Shown: one piece after another, positions 25,593 to 45,071 of the stretch
How positions within the stretch are numbered: the first letter of the stretch is position 1
Layout of the letters: each line of letters starts with the position of its first letter
Assembly: GCA_963843845.1 (NCBI GenBank)
Contig: CAWJMB010000002.1
Coordinates: forward strand, 1,472,001 to 1,536,000
DNA: 64,000 nucleotides
Direction: 5' to 3'
Source of the DNA: an uncultured Gemmatimonadaceae bacterium
GTDB lineage: Bacteria > Gemmatimonadota > Gemmatimonadetes > Gemmatimonadales > Gemmatimonadaceae
Translations under genes and position numbers: made by a program
Notes under the pieces: model-generated
What the model was told of the DNA's origin: nothing
Database searches by the model: none
What the model saw: the letters and a program-made list of their open reading frames with translations, nothing else

Positions 25593-26473
25593 TGTATCGC
25601 TCGCTCGCCGAGGCCATCAGGGACGCCGAGTCGCGCGGCATTCCGCTGTCGCAGGCCGCGCTCCGACTCGAGGCACTCGACGCCGGTCGCCCGGTGGAGG
25701 AGATCCGCGCCGCCCTCCGACGCGCGCTCGAGGTCATGCGGGGCGCCGTGGCGCGTGGCCTCCGCGGCGACCTCCGCTCCGCGTCCGGCCTCGTCGGGGG
25801 CGACGCGGCGAAGCTCGTCACCGGTCCGTCGGGTCCGCTCGCCGGCACGCCGTTCCGCGACGTCCTCGCCCGCGCGCTCGCCGTGCAGGAAGTCAACGCC
25901 GCCATGGGCGTCATCGTCGCCGCGCCGACCGCCGGCGGCGCCGGGGTCCTTCCGGCCGTCCTCACCGGCCTCGCCGACGCGCGCGGCATCGGCGACGAGG
26001 CACTCGTCGACGCGCTCGCCACCGCGGGCCTCATCGGCGCCGTCGTCGCCGACCGGGCGTCGCTCTCCGGCGCCGAGGGCGGGTGTCAGGCCGAGACCGG
26101 CGCCGCCGCGGGGATGGCCGCCGGTGCCGCGACCGAGATGCTCGGCGGCTCCCCGCGGCAGGTCGGCCACGCCGTCGCGCTCGCGCAGCAGGGAACGCTG
26201 GGCCTCGTCTGCGATCCGCTAGGCGGCCTCGTCGAGCTGCCGTGCGTCTTCCGCAACGCGACCGGCGCCGCCATCGCGCTCGCGGCGGTCGAGATGGCGC
26301 TCGCCGGCATCGAGTTCGCGATCCCCGCCGACGAAGTCATCGACACGATGGGCGAGATCGGGCGCGCCATGGACGTCCGCTATCGCGAGACCGCGGGAGG
26401 CGGGCTCGCCGCGACGCCCACGGGCCGCCGCCTCGCGCGCGAACGCCTCGTTCAGATCAAGCGCGCCGACTAA
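25592..26473 (+). CDS. sdaAA: L-serine dehydratase alpha subunit
   Basis: EVNAAMG.IVAAPTAG, GAEGGCQAE, LGLVCDP.GGLVE.PC, RETA.GGLA.TPT. Confidence 0.93.
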   Translation: MYRSLAEAIRDAESRGIPLSQAALRLEALDAGRPVEEIRAALRRALEVMRGAVARGLRGDLRSASGLVGGDAAKLVTGPSGPLAGTPFRDVLARALAVQEVNAAMGVIVAAPTAGGAGVLPAVLTGLADARGIGDEALVDALATAGLIGAVVADRASLSGAEGGCQAETGAAAGMAAGAATEMLGGSPRQVGHAVALAQQGTLGLVCDPLGGLVELPCVFRNATGAAIALAAVEMALAGIEFAIPADEVIDTMGEIGRAMDVRYRETAGGGLAATPTGRRLARERLVQIKRAD

Positions 26474-26539
26474 GTTCGCCGAAACCCCGCGGGCCTTCGC
26501 GGCCGTAAGGGCCCTCATCTTTTTCGACAGGTGCGGCAC

Positions 26540-26945
26540 ATGGTCTCTCGCGATGACATCGAGCACTTCCTCGATCGCCTCGCCCCCGACGGCGCGAGCT
26601 ATCGGGAGGTCGAGCCCGGCCTCTGGGTCATTCGCCCGGGCGGCGCGATCGACTTCGACGTCGTCTGTCACTACAGCCCGACCGCGATCGTGCTCCGCGT
26701 CAAGGTGATGGACCTGCCGCCGGACGACGACGCGTGCAACGGACTCGCGCGCCGCCTGCTCCAGCTCAACGCCTCCGACCTCGTGCACGGCTCGTACGGC
26801 ATCGAGCAGGACTCGGTCGTCATGACCGAGGCGCTCGAGCTGGCGCACCTCGACTTCGAGGAGTTCCTCGCGGCCTACGAGAGCATGGCGCTCGCGCTCG
26901 TCGTCGCACCTGCGCGAGCTCGTCACGTTCCGCGAGGCCCGCTGA
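26540..26945 (+). CDS. CesT/YbjN-like chaperone-fold protein (frameshift near 3' end)
   Basis: LRVKVMDLP...RRLLQLNASDLVHGSYGI...LDFEEF; directly upstream of pspA. Confidence 0.65.
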
Positions 26946-26948
26946 GCC

Positions 26949-27801
26949 ATGGGCATCTTCGACCGTTTCTCGACGCTCCTCCGCTCGAACATCAACGATC
27001 TCATCTCCTCGGCCGAAAATCCCGAGAAGATGCTGAATCAGATGATCGCCGACATGAACGGCCAGCTGATCAAGGCGAAGCAGCAGGTCGCCGCCGCGAT
27101 CGCCGACGAGAAGCGACTGCGCGACCAGGCCGACTCCGAGTTCAAGCAGGCGAAGGTCTGGGAGGAACGCGCGATGTTCGCCGTCAGCAGGGCAACGACG
27201 AGCTCGCGAAGCAGGCGCTCCTGCGCGGGCGGCAACACGCCGAGCACGGCCAGCGAGATCGAGGCCACGTGGAAGGCACAGCGCGGCGAGACCGAGAAGC
27301 TCAAGCAGTCGCTCCGCGATCTCGCCGAGAAGATCGAGGAGGCGAAGCGGAAGAAGAACCTGCTCCTCGCGCGCCAGCGCCGCGCCGAGGCGCAGAAGCG
27401 CATCCAGCAGACGATGTCGTCGCTGTCCGAGAAGAGCGCGTTCGAGGCGTTCGCGCGCATGGAGGAGCGCATCGAGCAGAACGAGCGCCAGCTCAAGGCC
27501 GCGGCGGAGATCGACGAGGAGATCGGCGGCGACAACCTCGCCGGGCAGTTCAAGCAGCTCGAGCGGTCGGTCGGAACCGCCGACGCCGATACGCGCCTGC
27601 TCGCGCTGAAGCAGAAGATGGGCGTGCTCCCCGCTGCCGCAGCGTCGCGCCCCGCGTTGAGCGCAGGTCAGCCCGCGGCCGCGAACGCGCCCCGCAGCGA
27701 TCCCCGCGACGGCGGCCTCCGCCCCGACCGAGCCGCAGAAGCATCCGACCGAGGATGAGCTGCTGGCCGAGTTCGAGGAGCTGGAGCGACACAAAGGGTG
27801 A
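26949..27801 (+). CDS. pspA: PspA/IM30 family protein (frameshifts)
   Basis: MGIFDRFSTLLRSNINDLISSAENPEKML, long coiled coil, AFEAFARMEERIEQ. Confidence 0.9.
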
Positions 27802-29010
27802 GCACGTCGTCGTTGGACCGCCGCCGTTCAGCGCGCCGGGGCGGTTTCGCTTCGCGCCGATTCTCGCCGCACCGTCCTCACCGTCCTGCTGCTCTGGCTC
27901 GTCGGACGCGTCGCCGACGTGCTGCTGCTGCTGTTCCTCGCGATCCTGCTCTCGCTCTACCTCGGGGCGCTCGGCGACATCATCTCGCGGCGCACGCCGC
28001 GATCCCGCGCCGTCCGGCGATCCTCGTCGGCGTGCTGCTCACCCTGGCCGCGTTAGGCGGGCTCCTCTGGCTGCTCGTGCCGCCGGTCGTCGAGCAGACG
28101 CAGGCACTCGTTCAGCGTCCTGCCCGCGCTTCGTCAGCAGTCTGGGACGCGCGGATCGACGACCTCGCGACACGCATTCCCGCCCTCGGCGGTGTCGTCA
28201 AGCCGGGCGAGCAACGCGTCATGGCCGCGCTCTACGCGCAGGGTGAAGCGCTCGTCGAGAGCGTGCGTCCCGCACGTGTTCTCGATCGTCGAGGTGTCGA
28301 TCGACATCTTCGCGGTCGGCGTCATGGCGCTCTACCTCGCGATGCATCCGAGCCTGTACCGCGAGTGGCTGATCGCGCTGTTCCCGCCCGTCCACCGCGA
28401 GCTCGTTCGCGACGTGCTCGGCGAGATCGCCAGCCAGCTTCGCTCGTGGATCGTCGGCCAGCTCTCGGCGATGCTGATCCTCGCCGTCCTGACGGCGATC
28501 GGGCTGTACTTCCTCGACGTGCCGTACGCCCTCACCTTCGGCGTCTTCACGGGCGTCGTCGCGGTGGTGCCGTTCTTCGGGACGCTGCTCTCCACCCTGC
28601 TGCCGGCGCTGTTCGTGCTGGCGCTCCCGAACGGCGGCACGCGAGCGCTGTTCGTGGCACTGCTGGGCGTCGTCATCCACCTGCTCGAGGGCAACATCGT
28701 CGCGCCGCTCATCACGGCGAAGCGGGTCGAGCTACCACCGGTGCTGTCGATCATGGCGGTGCTGATCGTCGGGAAGCTGCTGGGCCCGGTCGGCCTGATC
28801 GTCGCCGTGCCGACGCTCGCTGCGCTGATGGTCGTCGTGCGACGCATCCTCATCAATCGCGTCTACGAGGGGCAGGGGTTCCGCCGCTCGACCCGCGACC
28901 ACGCGCTCGTGCTCCGCGTGCCGCCTGCGGACGGCGAAGGTGTGCTCGTTCCCGCCACGCCGGCGATCGACCTCATCGCGCTCGCCGCCCGCACGCGCCG
29001 CTCGGCCTGA
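27798..29010 (+). CDS. AI-2E family transporter (frameshifts)
   Basis: Multi-TM; W..GQL, VPFFG, LEGNIVAPLI, LPPVL, GPVGLIVAVP. Confidence 0.85.
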
Positions 29011-29083
29011 CCGTCTAGCTTCGAGGCGACCGCCGGTCGCCCTGCGCTCAACGCTTCGCGCTCCACGCTCCGCGCTCATCGCA

Positions 29084-30170
29084 ATGTCCCGCGAACGTTT
29101 CCTCGTCATCGCCGAAGGGCTGTTCGGTCCGCAGTCGTCCAAGACCGCGAACGCCTGCATCCGCTACACGCCGGAACGCGTCGTCGCCGTGCTCGACTCT
29201 TCGCGGGCCGGCAGCACAGCGCAGCAGATCCTCGGGTTCGGCGGCGACATCCCTGTCGTCGAGTCGCTCGAAGACGGATTCGCGAAGGGCGCGAACGCGA
29301 TTCTCGTCGGCATCGCGCCACCGGGAGGCCAGTTGCCGGGCGAGTGGCGCGGCTGGATCGCGACCGCGCTCGCGCGCGGGATCGCCGGTGTGGAGCGGCC
29401 TCCACTACTTCCTTGGCGACGATCCGGTGCTGGCCGAGGCGGCGAGGACGGGGAATGCGGAGATCTTCGACCTCCGTCGCCCGCCGAACGATCTGGTGGT
29501 CGCGACAGGCCGGACACGCGACGTCGCCGCGACGATCGTGCTGACGGTCGGTACCGATTGCAACATCGGCAAGATGACCGCGCAGTTGCAGTTGAAGGAC
29601 GCGCTGCGCACCCGCGGAAACCGCGTCGCGTTCGCTGCGACGGGGCAGACCGGCATTCTCATCGAGGGGTGGGGCATCTCGGTCGACGCTGTCGTCGCCG
29701 ACTTCATCGCCGGCGCGGCCGAACGCTTGACGCTCCAGGCGGCGCAGAACGCGGACATCGTGCTCGTCGAGGGGCAGGGGTCGATCATTCACCCGTCGTA
29801 CTCCGGCGTCACGTACGGCCTGATGCACGGCGCGCTGCCCCACGCCACGGTGCTGTGCGCGCAGCCGTCTCGCCGCACGATCAATCGCAACGACTGGGTG
29901 CGCATCCCGCCGCTCGACGCGATGGTGCGCATGCACGAAGCCGCGTTCGCCCCGCTCCGCCCTGCGCCGACGATCGCCGTCGCGCTGAACACCTTCGATC
30001 TGACCGACGCGGACGCTCGCGCCGCGATCCGCGACGCCGAGGCGGTGACCGGGCTCCCCGCCACCGACCCCGTGCGATACGACGCCGCGCCGATCGCCGA
30101 GGCGATCGAGACGTTCCACCGCGCCCGCGCGGCGAATGCCCAGCAGCCTGCCGCCGCCACACATGCCTGA
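29084..30170 (+). CDS. DUF1611 family P-loop protein (frameshift near 29385)
   Basis: SKTA..CIRY, GIAPPGG, SGLH, VGTDCNIGKMT, ATGQTG, VEGQGS..HP.YSGVT. Confidence 0.88.
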
Positions 30171-31585
30171 CGCTGCCGAGCTCCGACTCTACAACACCCT
30201 CACTCGACACGTCGAGCCGTTCGCGCCGGCGGACGGTCGCCGTGTGCGCCTCTATACCTGCGGCCCGACCGTCTACAACCCGGCGCACCTCGGCAACTTT
30301 CGCACGTTTCTGTTCGAGGACTTGCTTCGGCGCGCGATCCGGCTCGCGGGCTACGACGTCGAGCAGGTCATGAACCTGACCGACGTCGACGACAAGATCA
30401 TCCGCCGCGCGGAAGAGCAGGGAAAGACGATCACGCAGGTCACCGACCCTGTCGTCGAGATCTTTCACGCGGACCGTGCGTTCCTGCGGATCGAAGCGGC
30501 CGAGCACTATCCGCGTGCGACCGAATACATCGCCGAGATGATCGCGCTCGTCGAGCGGCTCGTCGCGCAGGGCGTCGCGTATCAGGCCGACGACGGCTCC
30601 GTCTACTTCGCGATCGCGAAGTTTCCCGGCGTACGGACGCCTGTCGCGTCTCGACACGCGCGAGCTCAAGGCGGGTGCCCGGGTCGCGCAGGACGACTAC
30701 TCGAAGGAGAACGCCCAGGACTTCGCGCTCTGGAAGGCGGCCACCGAGCAGGACGAGCGCGCCGGCGCCGCCTGGGACTCGCCATGGGGGCGCGGACGCC
30801 CCGGCTGGCATCTCGAGTGCTCGGCGATGGCGATGACGATCCTGGGCGAGACGATCGACCTGCACTGTGGCGGCATCGACCTCATCTTCCCGCATCATGA
30901 GGACGAGATCGCGCAGAGCGAGGCCGCGACCGGGAAGGCGTTCGCCCGCGTCTGGTGCCATGGCGAGTTCCTGCTCGTGGAAGGCTCGAAGATGGCGAAG
31001 CGCGTCGGGAACGTCGTGAACGTGCAGACGCTGCGAGGCGAGGGCTACTCCGCCGCCGCCATCCGCCACTTCGTCTACTCCACGCACTACCGCAAACAGC
31101 TCAACCTCACCGACGAGGCGCTCGACGCGTCGCGCAACGCCGTCCACCGTATCGGCGCGTTCGCCGACCGCTTACGCTCGGCGCGCGCCGGCACGACGGC
31201 GATCGTGGCGATCGCACGCGAAGCGGAGTCGGCGTTCCGCGCCGCCCTCCTCGACGACCTCAACGCGCCAGAAGCGCTCGGCGCGCTGTTCATCTTCCTG
31301 AACCGCGCGAACGCCGAGCTCGACCGGGGCGGCGACGACCTCGGCGCGCTGGATGAAGCCCGCCGAGTCTTCGCCGTGTTCGACAGCGTGCTCGACCTCG
31401 TCCCCGATCGCTCGGACGTCGATGCCGACCTGGCGGCGTGGGTCGACGAGCGGCTCGAAGCTCGCCGCGACGCGCGTCAGCGCCGCGATTTCGCCGCCGC
31501 CGACGCCATCCGTGCCGAGCTCGACGCGCGCGGCATCGAGGTCAAGGATTCGGGCTTCGGTACCACGTGGACGAAGGTGCGGTAG
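30163..31585 (+). CDS. cysS: Cysteinyl-tRNA synthetase (frameshift near 30630)
   Basis: YTCGPTVY..AHLGN, NLTDVDDKII, GRPGWHLECSAM, GGIDLIFPHHEDEIAQSE, KMAKRVGN. Confidence 0.95.
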
Positions 31586-31613
31586 GGGCGGCTCGGCGGT
31601 AGCTTTCGAGCGC

Positions 31614-31686
31614 GCTGACGTAGCTCAATCGGCAGAGCACCTGATTTGTAATCAGGCGGTTGGGGGTTCGATTCCCCCCGTCAGCT
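31614..31686 (+). tRNA. tRNA-Thr(TGT)
   Basis: Acceptor GCTGACG/CGTCAGC, anticodon stem CCTGA/TCAGG with loop TTTGTAA, TTCGATT T-loop. Confidence 0.95.
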
Positions 31687-31691
31687 CTGAG

Positions 31692-31720
31692 TTGACCTCG
31701 CATCGCGGTGCGGCTAGCAT
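31692..31720 (+). promoter_or_regulatory. Sigma70-type promoter before tRNA-Tyr
   Basis: TTGACC-17 nt-TAGCAT. Confidence 0.55.
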
Positions 31721-31733
31721 TCGCGGCTCGATC

Positions 31734-31817
31734 GGTGGGGTGGCCGAGTGGCTAAAGGCAGCAGACTGTAAATCTGCCGGGCAACGCCCTACGAAGGTTC
31801 GAATCCTTCCCCCACCA
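31734..31817 (+). tRNA. tRNA-Tyr(GTA)
   Basis: GGTGGGG/CCCCACC acceptor, loop CTGTAAA, long variable arm. Confidence 0.95.
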
Positions 31818-31833
31818 CTCAGTTCGTTCGATC

Positions 31834-31906
31834 GCGGGAGTAGCTCAGTTGGTAGAGCACTAGCCTTCCAAGCTTGTGGTCGCGGGTTCGAGCCCCGTCT
31901 CCCGCT
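31834..31906 (+). tRNA. tRNA-Gly(TCC)
   Basis: GCGGGAG/CTCCCGC acceptor, loop CTTCCAA. Confidence 0.93.
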
Positions 31907-31991
31907 CTCGCCGTCACTCTCGACCCCCGACTTGTAGGACCGCCGGTCGGCCGCTAACTTGCGAGTCTCTCCCGGTCGCGCACGGGAGTTG

Positions 31992-32064
31992 GCTCGCGTA
32001 GCTCAGTCGGTAGAGCACACCCTTGGTAAGGGTGAGGTCACCGGTTCGATCCCGGTCGCGAGCT
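31992..32064 (+). tRNA. tRNA-Thr(GGT)
   Basis: GCTCGCG/CGCGAGC acceptor, loop TTGGTAA. Confidence 0.95.
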
Positions 32065-32208
32065 CTCGAGACGTCGTCGACGCGCCGCAGCTTCCCACGG
32101 AGGCTCGCGGCGCGCTTGCGCATCCGAAACCAGTTGCGCACCGACGCTCGATCCCGGCCGCGTGTCTTGCGAGCGGCCGACCGTCACACCTGACCTGAGG
32201 GCACCCGC

Positions 32209-32361
32209 ATGCCTCGCGACAAGATCATCATGGGCTGCACCGAGTGTAAGAGCCGTAACTACTTCACGACGAAGAACAAGCGGCTCCACCCGGAGCGCGT
32301 CGAGTGGAAGAAGTACTGCCCGCGGTGCAACAAGCATCGCGTCCACAAGGAAACGAAGTAA
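32209..32361 (+). CDS. rpmG: 50S ribosomal protein L33 (zinc-binding type; not in the ORF track)
   Basis: Translated by hand: [50 protein letters not shown]. Confidence 0.95.
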   Translation: MPRDKIIMGCTECKSRNYFTTKNKRLHPERVEWKKYCPRCNKHRVHKETK

Positions 32362-32363
32362 TC

Positions 32364-32600
32364 ATGACGGCCCCCGTCGTTCCTCAGCCGCAGCGTCCGC
32401 TCCCGGCGCGCGTCGTCGCGTTCTACCACGACGTGCTCGCCGAGATGAAGAAGGTGACCTGGCCGGACCGTCCGCAGCTTCAGGACGCGACGATCAAGAT
32501 CATCGTGTTCGTGCTGTTCCTCGGCGCGCTCATCGCGCTCATGGACATCGGGCTGCAGGCGATCCTGGTGAAGCTGCCGGCGCTCCTGCTCGGCCGCTGA
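32364..32600 (+). CDS. secE: Preprotein translocase subunit SecE
   Basis: EMKKVTWP motif plus TM; position before nusG. Confidence 0.93.
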   Translation: MTAPVVPQPQRPLPARVVAFYHDVLAEMKKVTWPDRPQLQDATIKIIVFVLFLGALIALMDIGLQAILVKLPALLLGR

Positions 32601-32611
32601 GGACGACGACC

Positions 32612-33151
32612 GTGGAACATCGCTGGTACGCGATCCAGACGACCTCCGGGCACGAGAACAAGGTCCGCTCGCTGATCCAGCGGAAGATCGACGCCGATCC
32701 GCAGGCCGCAGAAGAGCGAGCCATTCGGCAGGCCCTCGTTCCGACTCAGGAAGGGATCGAGATCAAGAACGGAAAGAAGGTCACCGTCGAGCGGAAGATC
32801 TACCCGGGGTACGTGCTCGTGGAGATGTTGATGAATCAGGACACGATTCACACGATCAACGGCATTCAGGGCGTCATCAAGTTCGTCGGCCAGGAGAAGA
32901 TGCCGATGCCCCTCCGCCCGGACGAGGTCAACCGCCTGCTCGGCATCAACGAGGCTGAGGCGGAGGCGCCGAAAGAGGAGATTCCATTCCTCATCGGTCA
33001 GGCAGTCGCGATCACCGAGGGGCCGTTCACGGATTTCAACGGCACGGTCGAGGAGATCATGGCGGACAAGGGGAAGGTGCGCGTCAGCGTCTCCCTCTTC
33101 GGTCGCCCGACGTCGGTCGAGCTGGACTACCTGCAGCTCAAGGCGTACTGA
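32612..33151 (+). CDS. nusG: Transcription termination/antitermination factor NusG
   Basis: WYAIQTTSGHENKV, YPGYVLVEM, KOW GPFTDFNG, SLFGRPTSVEL. Confidence 0.96.
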   Translation: MEHRWYAIQTTSGHENKVRSLIQRKIDADPQAAEERAIRQALVPTQEGIEIKNGKKVTVERKIYPGYVLVEMLMNQDTIHTINGIQGVIKFVGQEKMPMPLRPDEVNRLLGINEAEAEAPKEEIPFLIGQAVAITEGPFTDFNGTVEEIMADKGKVRVSVSLFGRPTSVELDYLQLKAY

Positions 33152-33251
33152 GGGCTACAGCTTTCGCCCGGGTCGCGTTAAGTTGCTGGGCTGCCGAACT
33201 TTGCAGCCATTTTCGTACGACGTCGCACACCACGGCGACGCTAAACCTTCA

Positions 33252-33287
33252 GTGGGAGTGACGGACGTGCGACAGCGCGCCCACCAC
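33252..33287 (+). promoter_or_regulatory. Possible L1-binding autoregulatory leader of rplK
   Basis: GTGGGAG...CCACCAC pairing just upstream of the rplK RBS resembles L1 operators; not modelled. Confidence 0.3.
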
Positions 33288-33301
33288 GTCAAGGAGAGTT
33301 C

Positions 33302-33724
33302 ATGGCCAAAAAGGTAACCGGGTTCGTCAAGCTCCAGATCCCGGCCGGCAAGGCGACGCCTGCCCCGCCGGTCGGTACGGCGCTCGGCCCGCAGGGGATC
33401 AACATCATGGGCTTCGTCAAAGAGTTCAACGCTCGGACGCAAGGTCAGGATACGATCCTCCCGGTCGAGGTCACGATCTACGCGGACAAGTCGTTCACGT
33501 TCATCCTGAAGACCCCGCCGACCGCGGAGCTGATCAAGAAGGAGATCGGGCTCACGAGCGGCTCGGGGCAGCCGAACAAGACCAAGGTCGGTCAGGTGAC
33601 GCAGGCGCAGCTCCGGAAGATCGCCGAGGTCAAGATGCCGGATCTCAACTGCGATAGCATCGAGAGCGCGATGGCCATGGTGGCCGGAGCGGCTCGCTCG
33701 ATGGGCGTCACGGTGGCGGACTGA
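33302..33724 (+). CDS. rplK: 50S ribosomal protein L11
   Basis: [20 protein letters not shown]...ARSMG. Confidence 0.98.
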   Translation: MAKKVTGFVKLQIPAGKATPAPPVGTALGPQGINIMGFVKEFNARTQGQDTILPVEVTIYADKSFTFILKTPPTAELIKKEIGLTSGSGQPNKTKVGQVTQAQLRKIAEVKMPDLNCDSIESAMAMVAGAARSMGVTVAD

Positions 33725-34413
33725 TGAAGACCCACGGAAAGAAGTTTCGCGCCGCGGCCGAGAAGGTGAACGCGGACACGAAGTATCAGGCGCGCCAGGC
33801 GATCGACCTCGTGAAGAGCAACGCCTTCGCGAAGTTCGACGAGACCGTCGAAGTCGCCGTGCGCCTCGGTGTCGATCCGCGCCACGCCGACCAGGTCGTG
33901 CGCGGCACGGTCGTGCTGCCGGCCGGCACGGGCAAGTCGGTGCGCATCCTCGTCATCGCGGTCGGTCCGAAGGTCGCCGAAGCGGAAGAGGCGGGTGCCG
34001 ATTTCGTCGGCGCAGAGTACATCCAGCGCATCAAGGACGGCTGGCTCGACTTCGACGTCATGGTCGCCACGCCGGACCAGATGGGTCAGGTCGGTCAGCT
34101 CGGACGCGTGCTCGGCCCTCGTGGTCTGATGCCGAATCCGAAGGCCGGTACAGTCACGTTCGACGTCGGCCGCGCGGTGCGCGAGCTCAAGGCCGGCAAG
34201 ATCGAGTTCCGCGTCGACAAGGGCGGCAACATCCACGCCCCGATCGGCAAGGTCTCGTTCGGCGCCGAGGCCCTCGAGACGAACTTCGCGGCGCTGATGG
34301 ATCAGCTCGTTCGGTCCAAGCCAGCCGCCTCGAAAGGCGTCTACGTGCAGAATGTCGCGATCTCGAGCTCCATGGGCCCGGGCGTCGGCATCGACACCAC
34401 GCCCTACCGTTAA
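33724..34413 (+). CDS. rplA: 50S ribosomal protein L1
   Basis: [31 protein letters not shown]. Confidence 0.98.
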   Translation: MKTHGKKFRAAAEKVNADTKYQARQAIDLVKSNAFAKFDETVEVAVRLGVDPRHADQVVRGTVVLPAGTGKSVRILVIAVGPKVAEAEEAGADFVGAEYIQRIKDGWLDFDVMVATPDQMGQVGQLGRVLGPRGLMPNPKAGTVTFDVGRAVRELKAGKIEFRVDKGGNIHAPIGKVSFGAEALETNFAALMDQLVRSKPAASKGVYVQNVAISSSMGPGVGIDTTPYR

Positions 34414-34428
34414 CCGGGAGCCGGCGCG

Positions 34429-34948
34429 ATGAAGCGTAACGAAAAGGAGCAGCTCGTCTCCGAGCTGAGCACGAAGATCAAGGGCGCGCAGGCGCTCTAC
34501 TACACGGACTTCACGGGGTTGAACGTGAAGCGGATGACCGACCTTCGCCGCCGCCTGCGCAAGGCGGGCGTCGAGTATGTCGTCATCAAGAACACGCTCG
34601 CGCTGCGGGCGGTGAACGACAGCGGCCTCGTCGGCGAGAAGCTGAAGGGGCCCACCGGCATCGTCGTCGCGCAGCGACGCGCTCGCCGGCGCGAAGGTCC
34701 TCACCGACTTCGCGAAGGAGAACGATCAGCGCCCCGCGGTCAAAGGCGGGATGTTCGACGGGAAGTCGATCGACGCCGAGCAGGTGAAGCGGCTCGCGAA
34801 CATGCCGTCGCGCGAACAGTTGCTGAGCGAGCTCGGTGCCGGGCTCATGGCGCCGCTGGCGAGCTTCGCTGGTGCGCTGAACGGCATGATGTACCAGATG
34901 GTCGGTGCGCTCGAAGCCCTTCGGGCGCAAAAGGAAGGCGCGCAGTAA
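34429..34948 (+). CDS. rplJ: 50S ribosomal protein L10 (frameshift near 34670)
   Basis: DFTGLNV..MTDLRR, VIKNTL, LKGPT; C-part LANMPSREQLL. Confidence 0.93.
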
Positions 34949-35022
34949 ATCCAGGCGGTTAGCCTGTTCAACCTGCCCCAGCGGTCACGAACCGCCTGGG
35001 TTTTCTCCGGAGAACTAGCATC

Positions 35023-35412
35023 ATGGCGACGATGAGCAACGACGAGATTCTGGACGCGATCGGCAACAAGACGGTCTTCGAGCTGGCGGACCTGATCGAG
35101 TCGTTCAAGAGCAAGTTCAACGTCACGATCGCGGCGGCCCCGGTCGGCGGCGCTGCCCCGGCGGGCGGCGGCGCTGCCCCGGCCGCGGCGGTCGAAGAGC
35201 AGACCGAGTTCGACGTCGTGCTGCGTGACGCGGGCGCGAAGAAGATTCAGGTCATCAAGGTCGTTCGCGAGATCACGGGCCTCGGCCTGAAGGAAGCGAA
35301 GGACATGGTCGACGGCGCGCCGCAGACGGTGAAGTCGGGCGTGTCGAAGGACGAGGCTGCCAGCCTCAAGGCGAAGCTCGAAGAGCAGGGCGCTGGCGTC
35401 GATGTGAAGTAG
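35023..35412 (+). CDS. rplL: 50S ribosomal protein L7/L12
   Basis: [30 protein letters not shown]. Confidence 0.98.
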   Translation: MATMSNDEILDAIGNKTVFELADLIESFKSKFNVTIAAAPVGGAAPAGGGAAPAAAVEEQTEFDVVLRDAGAKKIQVIKVVREITGLGLKEAKDMVDGAPQTVKSGVSKDEAASLKAKLEEQGAGVDVK

Positions 35413-35419
35413 CGGCTCT

Positions 35420-35485
35420 CGGGACTCGGGACTCGAGTCGTCGGGTATCGATCCGACCACCGAGCTCCGAACGTCCCGAGTCCCG
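35420..35485 (+). other. Long stem-loop in the rplL-rpoB spacer (attenuator/processing-like)
   Basis: CGGGACTCGGGAC (35420-35432) is complementary to GTCCCGAGTCCCG (35473-35485). Confidence 0.5.
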
Positions 35486-35633
35486 GTACTATCACATCGG
35501 CGCCATGCTGATTAGAGTTCGCCGCACAATTCACTAGCAGGTTCGTCGCTCCGCCCCGCAGCCGCGCTCAAAACGCTGGCCGCCGGGGTCGGGGCTCTTT
35601 TCGCCTGCCGCCAGGGTACCCCGCGGGTGAGAC

Positions 35634-40325
<4,692 letters not shown>

Positions 40326-40328
40326 CTC

Positions 40329-44645
<4,317 letters not shown>

Positions 44646-44672
44646 TCGATCGCCGGTCGGCTCACCGTGAGG

Positions 44673-44709
44673 GACCGGGGGGAGCGTGCGCTGCACGCTC
44701 CCCCCGGTC
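44673..44709 (+). terminator. Hairpin after rpoC
   Basis: Perfect 17-bp stem GACCGGGGGGAGCGTGC / GCACGCTCCCCCCGGTC; no strong U-tract. Confidence 0.65.
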
Positions 44710-44869
44710 GCGCTTCACCGCCGTGACATATGTAGTGATCGTGCAACAGTTTGCGTGGCGTCGTCCGAAGTAGGTAAGTTGTCATCCCGGATGAACGGAT
44801 GTGAGGCATGTCTCCAGGCGGTGGGTAGTGGGGAGCGTGCCACTCGGTCGGTGCAGCACCAGGACGTGC

Positions 44870-44885
44870 AGGCAAAGGTTTTGCT
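44870..44885 (+). promoter_or_regulatory. Putative sigma54 (-24/-12) promoter of the first PEP-CTERM gene
   Basis: AGGCAAAGGTTTTGCT: GG and GC separated by exactly 10 nt, with TTGCT at -12. Confidence 0.5.
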
Positions 44886-45071
44886 TGCGTTTCGCGGCCG
44901 ACACACCTACAATGGGGGCGCTCTCGTAACGACCTGAGCGGGGCGTTGCGTAACAGTCTGCACGTGCCGAGAGGTGCGTGGAGGAAGGGCGCGAAAGGCG
45001 GAGCGGTGCACGGGACCGACTCCGCGTTCGGGGAGGAAGAGGCAGCTTCATCACCAACAGGGGGAGGGACA

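Noticed and set aside
44860..45060. c-di-GMP-I riboswitch before the first PEP-CTERM gene
   Set aside because: GGCAAA and a GAGA-loop hairpin (~44961-44980) are present, but I could not assemble the conserved P1/P2/P3 arrangement. An Rfam scan is needed.
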